This document shows positions 9,867-19,300 of a stretch of DNA of 38,371 nucleotides, piece after piece (the stretch's first letter is position 1; each line of letters starts with the position of its first letter). Where the stretch lies: contig DF237549.1 in NCBI GenBank assembly GCA_000708835.1, forward strand, positions 15,479 through 53,849, read 5' to 3'. The position numbers and the translations under genes are program-made. This DNA is from Klebsormidium nitens. Taxonomy: Eukaryota > Plantae > Klebsormidiophyceae. The notes beneath the pieces are model-generated. The model was not told the origin of the DNA, made no database searches, and was given only the letters and a program-made list of their open reading frames with translations.

Positions 9867-10950
9867 ACAGTCCTTCGAAACAGATGTGATCAGAAGGTTG
9901 TGCAATAGAAAGTTGGGACAGAGAGTACAAGAGGAGAAGAAAGCAGCTCATGAAATAGGAGCCTTACCTCCAGGCCATGTCTGATGTCGTCAACATCACC
10001 CAAGAAAGAAGGATCTGAAGCCAGCGCAGTTGACGTGCTGGACAAATGAACAGAAAGTGCGAACCCCAAAGAGCATACACTTCTACTAAGAGCTTGACCG
10101 GCCGTCAAGCTTTCTTGAGCTGCGGAAACCTTTCTGCTCTGCTGACTAGGTGGATGCCATCTCCTAAGAGGAGCCCTCCTGCGGCTGGGTTGGGAACGGA
10201 CTGTGGACTTGCGGCTCTCCCTCTGTGAAGAACAGAAGAGGTTGTGGTCTCGAATGTTGGTGGTTTGCAATATGGTTGATCGAGACTGACCCTTGCAAAC
10301 TGGTGATGAAAGTGTGGCGATTGGGCTGGCACCTAAAGAGGAACCATGAGTACCACTCATGATCGTTCACCACCTGGGACCTTCCTTGAAAGAGGACGTC
10401 GACCTACTTCTGCTCAGCTCTGCTGCCGCGCTTTAGGACTCAGGTGAAATGAAGGCTCTCGCTGATCTGTGCAGCTTGCTACTTGTGTTTTCTTTCCTGA
10501 CACCAGCTCCTCATCCTAATGTGATGATCAATGAGGACCACTATGTCCCTGGACGCAATCAACGTAGGTAGCCATCTAGATCTGGAAAGAAAGATTCTGA
10601 AGACGGTGAGCTCAAAGGCTGGGCACTTTGGACAAAGCAAGAACTGGCCAACATCTACCGTAAAATGACCGTGTGCAGCAAGTAGCCAGGAAGCTGAAGC
10701 TGGATGTGAATGAACTCCGTTCCAGTACAGCCCATCACCGGGACTGCCGGTTTTGGATGTTGATCAACTTTTAACTCTGAGTCTGAGTCTACGGTATAGT
10801 GACACAGCGCTGGCGAGAGACGGTTCTTCAACGTATCGTTACGCGGTGGCACTCCGAGTTTCTGAACATCATAGCCTCCGACATGGCTCTCTGTGCCACG
10901 ACCCCGGACAGGAGCTCTGCAAGTCGCAAGGTCCAGGTCCACAGCCACCC
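9867..10950 (+). pseudogene. Possible decayed coding remnant of unknown family
   Basis: One frame from 9867 to 10680 reads protein-like, with 10 stops that are all TGA or TAG. Further protein-like pieces occur in other frames (QVARKLKLDVNELRS; RWRETVLQRIVTRWHSEFLNII). No family recognised, and the stop density is close to random. Confidence 0.2.
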
Positions 10951-11243
10951 TCCCGAATTTTATTCAGCAGTTTGCAAGACGCAGGCTTCCAACCTGTATT
11001 AGTCTGCATTGTCTATTGCTGGATTCAATGGTTCAACCTCTTCAAATGACATCTGTTGAGGTATAGGCCTGGCAGGTGCCGCTGAGCAAGTGAAGCCCGC
11101 TTCCGCATGCAGTTAGTTGCAGACAGAGTGGTCACGACAGCGGACACACAGGTTTTTGCGGCGCAGTTTGCGAGAGATCACATCAGGGGTCTGGCTGGTC
11201 ATCACCAAGCAGACCAGCTCGTAGGGTCCATCTGAGGAACAGG

Positions 11244-14200
11244 ATGCTGGCCGCACGGTGCCAGATGCTGTCTGCTGCAATTGGCCCTCAATTGCCTTCT
11301 GCAACAATTGTCGACCTTTCGCAGCCTGCAGAATGGGCCACTCATCTTATTTCCCAAACCCCCTTAGTGACTGCCATTGCCCCTCTGCTGACACCCTGCA
11401 ATGCACCTTTCAACCTGCGGCGACACCGGAGTCTGCGTCGCTCCGTTGTTGCTTGCTCAGGATGTGGTGACTTTCCAGAGAGAAGCTTGCAGGGGGCCGA
11501 CGGAATGCAGGAAGCTCTGGTTCGAGAAGAGTCTTTGGTTAGCTCCTCCTCGGAGGTGCGGCGTTCTCAGCTGCTTAGAGCGCTGCTGCTCGGAGCGGGC
11601 GCTTGTGCTGCAGGAGAGTGGGAGGAAAGCGCTGCTGCGACGGGGCTCATTTTGCTGCCGCCCGCAAAGCTGACGAATGAGTATTTCCTGGTCCGGGCAG
11701 GTGAGGGCTACCGGCAGAGGGCGCCGCGGCATAAGTTAGAGATGATACCAAGTGGACTTACTGCAAGTATGAGTGTTGCTTTCTGATGAAGGCTGGGGTA
11801 CACTGAGTGATGTTGCTGTTTCTGTTTTGGACTATGAAGTGAAGGGCGGCGTTTCTCTGAGCAGAGAAACATGCCAGTGCACGTTCGTCTAAATCCCATG
11901 CAAACTGTTTGTGAGCCTGCGCGCTGCAGGAGAGTCGGAAGTGGAGACACAAGGGTTCATCATGACTAACCCGGTGGCGAAAACATCTATGGACAGCGGG
12001 CTGAGCAAGCTGGGGAGGCAGCAGGCAAGAGCCCATACCGCTGCTATAGGCTTCGTGACTTTGAACAAGTCTTGTTCGATCCTGTCTTGAGCTGCTGAAA
12101 TTACATTGTCGTGGACTGCTATGTTGCTAATGTGCGGCACAGCCCGACGATCTTCGCTGGCTTCCCCCTTCCTTGAGCGCAGCGGTTGCAGGTTGGTTTG
12201 GACTGTTTGCTTATAACCACGACTTGTGCTCCCGTTGTAACTTCGGAAGTGAGGTTAACCATGAGGTTAGGCATGCTGAGGCCCTGCTTGGATAGCTATG
12301 TCTAAGCTGTGCTGAGTCAATGTGAGCTTGCTCTGTGCATCATGATACATACAGTACTGGTGTGGCATTATTCTGCCATCACTTGGTAGATAGTCCGCAG
12401 CATTTAACACTGACCTTGACATTCATTCCGCACCCTAAAAGCTGCTTCTCAATTGTTTTCCTGTAAAATTCTGTTTGATCGATTGACTAGACAGCGAACG
12501 CGTTGAACATTCGGTTCTCCCGATGCTGCCCCTCACCTCAATCGTGACTGCGAATTCTGTCATTCCATAGATATCAACACACCCTAAGCTTACAGGTGGC
12601 ATTGTCTGGTTGTGCCAGGTGTTGTCCACCATCCAGCAGTTGCAGGACCTGGGGGCCTGCACCGCCAACTGCTGGATCTGGCCCTCCATCACACAAGTGA
12701 GCATCACGGCTATTTCTTGGCCCACAACGTACTGACTCTTGACCAAGGAGCAAAGTCGATATCACTTGGGTTTGGCCCTCAGCTCGATAGTCTTGTCCGG
12801 CCTTTCGACAAATCTTTCGAGCGGAGGGGCAAACCCAAGTGCTTTGACTTCATACAACGTCAGCCACTTGGGCAACCCGGCGCTCGTTCGATTCTTCTCC
12901 TTTCATCCAGTATCCGGCAAGTGCTGCCCTGCTATTCGAATCCTCTTTTAACACGACATATCTGTGAGCGAATCCTTTAGAAGCCCGCTAAAAAGATTCG
13001 CAGCGAGCCAAATAGCCGGGCTTCGATTAGTGCTTCAACAAAAGCGGTCTTCTACTTTCGGCCGTGCAGCGAGCGTATCAGACCGCTGAGCTGGTTGCCT
13101 CCGCTTTCACTGTCGGGCGGAGCCGCATCGTGCCGGAGTACAGCTTCCTGGACGCTCGCGGGCTGGGCTCGTATGAAGGGAGATCACTCGCACAAATCCA
13201 GGAGGTATGAGTCCGGTCTGGAGGTCCTTCTGCAACTGTTTGGCTTCCACTCTGCTCTACTTTGGAAGCCCTTCGGTCCTAAGGTCGAGCTGGAAATGCG
13301 AGTTTCTTATTTGGGACTTGAAGCTCGATTTCGGCTGCCCTCTGTCCATCCGACAGGAAAGGCTTTAAAAAAGTGCAGCATTACAGCGGATTCCACACAT
13401 GTCCTAGCGTGCTATGCCTGCAAAGGTCCTAAGGTGTTGAAATCTGTCCTAGGCAGATTTGAGGTTGTGAGCATGTTACGATGTCGTATCTGTCTTGTGC
13501 TGCGACAATCTCCTCGCCATTGTTTGCTGACCTTTTCAGAGTAAAGCTGGTCGGAACACCCGAGAGAAAAGCTGTGCCGCCTCATGGTTTGAAAAAGGCG
13601 GGATGCTCTGCCTTTCAAGGGCCAAAGGCGTGGACTTCAGATCTTAGAACGAGAAGCGAAGCAAAATTATGGTTCAATCTCTTCCAGTCGTAAAATTCTG
13701 ACGATGGTTCCTTTCTCCCTAGATATAGCGCAAGTAGAGGACAGTAATTCTACTTTCGTTCCACTTCTGGCTTCTGCTACGATGTGTGGAGGTTCTGTGA
13801 GCGTTGGCGTCTTCCATTGCCACCTTAATCGACCAAAAAACGCTCTGAATCGCGTCTTCGGCACGTTTTGTCTGTGTTCGAGTGGAGTCTCGGTCATCGC
13901 TTGACCAAGCTTAGAGCATGGTGACGACATTCATGACGTCGAACTGAGCGTGCGACTGAAGCAACGTCCTCTTTCAACGCCCGCTGCAGTGCAGCAAGCA
14001 CCTCCGGAACCCGCCTCCGAACGAGGCTTGGCACTACGCAATTTTGTCATCTTCACAACTGCTTCGCTCCCTGACACAGCGGGGTCAAGGAGAATCAGTA
14101 ATTTTAGGACCGGGGCCGGGGACGCTGTTGGAAGGACTGACGTGGCGGGGTTCATGGGCGAAACCCTGGGCTAGGCTGCTTTCGACCAAGCATTGATTGA

Positions 14201-15005
14201 AGTCTCCGGGTCAAAACTCAAAACCTCGCCACGTCAGCCTTCCAAGGCTCCGTTCGCCAAATTACTGATTTTCCTTGACCCCGCTCTGACAGGTGTACGA
14301 GTCGGACCGGGAGTCCGCCTTCTACCGCCCCCCCGCTTTCGTGGACGGCACTCCCAACGAGTCCGTGAACGACGTGTTGGTCCGGGTCCGGCAGCTGATG
14401 TCCATCCTGGAGACGCAGTACCAGGGGGACCAGGTCGTCATCGTCTCCCCCGACTCCGACAACCTGTCCGTGCTGCAGGTACGGCCGCGCTGACCGTGTC
14501 GCGCGTTTTTATACCCGCTTTTCGGCGATGTCCTTGCCTCGATTACGGATCGAGTTCGCCGTCGCTGATTGGGACAAGTGCTTGTTTGACGCCAATGGAT
14601 TCGAAGGCTATGTTTTGACGACGATTGGCGTGACGTATCTGTTGTGTTTGTGGTTAGTTGACCAGACCAGAGCACTGTTGCTGATCGTCTGCAGAGTAGA
14701 AGCTTCAAAAGCGGCCGTTCCTTGTTTTCATGATTGTTGCCATCAGCGTCCGTGCTTCGAATCTTCCCGCGAACTCTGTGGGAAGCCCAGTTTCCACTAG
14801 CGGCAGACGGCATTTGAGTCCGCGTTTGACACGTCCGTTGCAGGCCGCACTCTTGGGCCTAGACCTGCGGCAGCACTCGTCCCTGGCTTTTCGCCCCGGG
14901 GAGGTTCGCAAAGTAGTCCTGAGTGGAGAAGCCCCCCCAAGGCCGACCAGCGGGTTCTTCAAATGCAAGCAGCTACGCAATAGGCAATGGGACTGCACAG
15001 TCTGA
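11244..15005 (+). CDS. Plastid-targeted phosphoglycerate mutase / histidine-phosphatase-fold protein (At5g62840-like), about 370 aa; exons 11244-11700, 11930-12024, 12619-12696, 13070-13204, 14293-14478, 14844-15005
   Basis: The spliced product contains EYFLVRAG/ES...TNPVAKTSMDSGLS...GAC..NCWIWPSITQ/RAYQTAE...IVPEYSFLDARGLGSYEG.../DGTPNESVNDVLVRVRQLMSILETQYQGDQVVIVSPDSDNLSVLQ/AALLGLDLRQH...PGEVR, matching the recalled plant family. The N-terminus resembles a transit peptide. The start could be 11244 or 11265. Intron 2 has a GC donor. Confidence 0.9.
14078..14285. mobile_element. 208-bp MITE-like element abutting the 3' splice site of intron 4 of the PGM-like gene
   Basis: 27-bp TIRs match at 26/27 (14078-14104 vs 14259-14285). 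A second inner inverted pair lies at 14128-14152 vs 14222-14245. Flanks are ctgacac (14071-14077) and ctgacag (14286-14292). Confidence 0.7.
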
Positions 15006-15559
15006 GCAGTGCGCGTTTTGAAGCAGGTTATAGTAGGGCGGTCTGGTGCCTTCTCGCAACAGGAGTTTGGTTGTGTCTGCCAAACTAACCATGTACATAG
15101 GTCACATTCTGTACCATGCGGCATGGCATGAGCATGCCGTAACGGGGGTAAATGGGCGTGTTGTTTGGTCTCAAGCCCTGGTGTTGTTCTATAACACACG
15201 GTTGCTGTTTTCAGCGCTCCTTACCTCGCTTAATTGGCATGATCGTGGCACGTTCTGAGCTTAAGTCGGATGTGGCCCAGGATCTCGATCTTCGCTTCAG
15301 CTCTCTATCCAGTGGTTGAAATGCAAGGTGTGGCAGTGTTGGATATGCAGATTGTGCCAAACTTCAGTCTTGCCGAGTCTGTGTGAGGTTGCAAAACGTC
15401 CGACATTGCAAAGAGCTAAAATTTGTCAATAGTATGATCGACGCCCTGCCATGTGCCGACTTCGCATTCAAAGATTGCATGGCTTCGGGAAGCCGCAACC
15501 GGCCGACATACCACGATCGACGTTCAATAGGTTGACTTCTTTGAAGTGGGCGGCCGCCG

Positions 15560-15700
15560 CTTTAGTATTATAACATGCAATTTCGCCACGTCTAACAGCC
15601 CGGTGTGCATAATGCTAGAATTATACACTTTAATTATTGTGGCATAATTAGATATATATAAAAACATAATTATATTACGTTTTTAGTGCATAATGCCCCT
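15560..15700. repeat. AT-rich island with repeated CATAAT motifs
   Basis: gtgcataatgc at 15605-15615 and 15686-15696, plus ggcataatta and acataatta between them. The segment is much more AT-rich than its surroundings. Confidence 0.4.
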
Positions 15701-16390
15701 AAAAGTGACCGGGGGGTTACTATGCCAAGCTAGGCCCGGATGGTAAGAAGTTACTATACATGACGGCATCATTAGATGAGCCTTTTCAATTGGCCGGTGG
15801 TCGTACACTGATGAAGCAATAAATGTTATTAATGGCAGCCCGCATGCTAGACTCAACAATACACCTGCTCACTGTCACGAGCAGCTAGTATAAGGCGAAA
15901 TCGACAACTATAGCTCACTACTACTCTATTAGTGTCTGAGTCCAGCTAGCACGTACCGTTTTTCAACGTGAACACCCTTCCGTGCCGCAAATGTGTACCG
16001 ACCAGGTCACATACCGCTGCGCCCGGTTGGTACCACACTTGCACAGCGGCCCTCGATCCGGCACTCGTCATTGCCGGCGGGGTTGCCGGCCGGCCGGGTA
16101 CAGTAGGTGGATGATCGCCACCCGGCGGGTGGGGTTTACCCTGCCAATTAAATTGGAACAGAGTTGATAGCTGACTGTGATACGAGCTAACTGTGACAAC
16201 GGTGTATCTGATGTCGTTGCAATATGAGCTGTATATCGTTCACGCTAGCCTGCGTGCGTACTTGTGGCAGTTTTCTACATCCTACTCAGTGACTGTCGAA
16301 AAGCGACCCCGAAAAGCGACCGCGACGCATGCATAGCTGCAAGTGTGCTCAGATATCCCTCTCGCTCCGCTGGCCATGCCAAGGCGCTTC

Positions 16391-19300
16391 CTATATCTGC
16401 TTCCCACTATTGCCTACGTGGAGCCTCCCGTGCAGCAGTCTCGGCGCACCTTTCGCCGAGTCGAATCCACGGACACACACATAACCTGCAGGAGCGAACG
16501 ACAGACAGATATGGCTTAACGTAACGGGTTTAGCTCTGAATATCCACCTTCGCGTGCCTTCTCCAATCTTGTTCATCGATCGTCATGGTTAGGCCAAACG
16601 TGAGGGACTGATCTGAGGTACGGTGCGCGTCCGGCGGCCTCCACAACGGCTAGTCGCAAAAAAAAAAAAAACTGACTGTGAGAACTCTTGGCATAGGTCA
16701 AGATTGCTCCTTCTGGTATCAAAAATTTGAGTTGGTTTTGGAGGTGATCCGCCCTCCTTTCTGGCATGGCGGTGCGCCCGCAGACGCGCATGATCCGGCC
16801 AGCAGCAATGCAGACCATGGAGACTTTACTGCGTACTACCCGAGTACTCTGAGGCCAGAACGATGCGCCAGACACTTTCATTGGTACGCGTGCAATAGAT
16901 TGACGACCACGTTTGATCCTTAAAACCTCTCAAAAGCCGCCCGCATAGAGCTACGAAGGCCCACTTCAAACCTCGTCATGACTCCGAAACGCAGTACGTT
17001 GAAACCTAACGTATGTGGGTCCCGCTTTGCACAATATCTGTGCGTCATGCCGCAGTTTTGGACAACTTGGCGTTGGACGCGCCCGTGGAAGACTTGCCCC
17101 GGTTACAGGAGATACGGACTACTCACACCAACGCGGAACCAAGCTGCAAGTTCTCACCGTGCTCAAAAGCTTGTGAAATCTCATTCTGTGAGCACCCCTT
17201 GAACAGACTCCCGGCGCCGGTGCCAAAGTAAACCTTGGTGCGGGGCAGGTCCGCGAAGTCGGCAGCGGGCGCGGCGGGGGGGTAACTAGAGGTGCGGTCG
17301 TCTGCAAAGAGCTCGTTTGCTTGGAAGTGGGTTCCGTTCAGCGGGAACCGGCCGGAGAGAGCGGTCCGGCAGGGGACCTGCGCCGAAAGATGCGTGGTGT
17401 GAGTAACCAAAAGGTCCTGGAGGCGCGGACGCCCGCTTCTTTTGCATTTCAGAGCCGCTGCGCTGAGGATTTCTCATAACAGCGCGATGTGGCGGTGTTC
17501 TTTGGACATTCCCTTCTAGAAAGAGCTGACAGAAAGCTGCGATTCTCAAAGTGACACGTCAAGTGCGTCAGTTCTTCGAAGGGATGGCGGTTGCGACACT
17601 GAGACGGCCATAGCTAACCTGCAAATGAGGTTTGTTGATGCAAACGATCAATGTGGACGCCTTGATGTTACAGAAGCTTTGTGAGCCAGCTTATGTAAGT
17701 CACGAAATGAGAGACGGTCATGTCCTAAAGAAAAGAGCCCCCATCGCCTTTGCTTCTGCTCCTTCGACTCAACTCGCACAAGGCGCGCGAAGCGACATCG
17801 CTGACCTGACCGTTCAGAGACCCGTGAGTTACTTGCCTAGTCCTTAAGAACCACCTTTCATCTTTCAGACCCAAAACAAGAGAATTCTCAGTCGCCTGTT
17901 GAGTCGTTCAACTGCTTCGTGACCCACCAGCACGGTGAAGTACACCGTTCCCTCCACGTGGCAGCCGCAAGTGCTGCAACCGCAGGGGACCATCCCAGCC
18001 GCTTTTTCACCCGGTATCGTTCCGCCCATGTCTTCAAACTTCGCTCGAACTTTCCTCTCCGCTAGTCCCGCAGTCTCCTTCCTATCAATGGCCGGCACGT
18101 CAGTGAGACTAGCGAGCCGCTTGAACTTCACCACCTCCCGTCCGTGATGCGCACACAGGTCCTGCCGCATCTCTAGTTGCTCGCGGAGGCTGATATTCTC
18201 CGTCCAAACAAATTCCAAGCCGTCGCCTTCCTCTTCTTCATTTACGAGGACCCCGCACTTTGCCCTGCTCTCAGGCTTGCTACCTCCACCAGCCCCCCTG
18301 TCGCTTGCGCCCCACGGCAACGCTGAGTGCTCCGCCTCATCTTTGACGCTACGTGCGCGCGCGCGAGTATGAAGGAACACATCATCCGCTGCGCTTTCCA
18401 GGTTGATCTCCTTCCGCTTCGAAACCTTCCGGCGCTCGTCCGTTTCCGGAACCCCCAGGACCAGCGCGGCATCCGCACCCCCCCTTGAGTAACCTCTGCT
18501 CCCTCTCGGCCGGCACAGGACGGGAGTCTTCACAACACTGCCGTCCGCTTCTTCGTTTAGCCCAGCTACCCGTGCCGCTCCAACAAAAGGGCCAATCTGA
18601 ATTGGCATTCTCCTCTCGGTATCTTGTTCATCTGCCTCCCACATTGCAAAACCACCGCCCGGCACACCCTCCGATTCAACACTCTGCGTGCCGCTTTCCT
18701 GCTCCGACCGCCTCGTTCTGCTACGGCTCATGACAGCCTGGACAGCTTCCCCCGGCTCCTCTTTGGGCAGCTTCAGCTTCGACAATGGCCCCTCTCCGTC
18801 GTCCCAATATTTCTTTCGTTTGCTGATCACAATGCTACCGTCCGTTTCTTCCGGCTTCAGGTTGGGGGCTCTCAGGGTTCCACAAGTCCGCCCCGCAGTC
18901 ACCTCTGCTGTGCACCCCTCCCTGCCAGAACAAAGCCCTGCCCGGGCCGCACTGCCTCGTCCACCCCTCCGCTTCTTCGAAGAGTTCGTCGAGATTTGGA
19001 CTGAATCTGTCACAAATCCGTCTTCCTCTATCTTGACAGGGTTGACGTTGTGAGGACCACGTTCGTGAAGTACGACAGTTTCTAAGTCCTCAGAAAAGTC
19101 CCCGCTTCCTATCTTCCGAGCCGATTGACCTTCTTCTTGCTCCAGCTTCTGCTTTCTGCTGCGGGTCATGATTGCAGATTGCTCGGACAAGGGTTTTGAT
19201 TTGACTCCCTCCTCGTTCCTGCAGGAAGCGCTGTTCGGCTGCTCGAGAACCTCTTCCGGCCTTTTTCGGTTCGACGCCACGTTCTGCCGCCCATCTCGGC

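Noticed and set aside
12880-13010. tRNA or B-box-like TTCGAATCC and a small hairpin
   Set aside because: There is no cloverleaf or A-box; it is only a short imperfect inverted repeat in an intron.
16171-16681. SINE/retrocopy defined by A14 (16658-16671) and the 10-bp direct repeat ctgactgtga
   Set aside because: The interval would contain the intact last DME exon (16391-16485) and its acceptor. The A-run is more simply an intronic T-tract and the repeat is probably chance.
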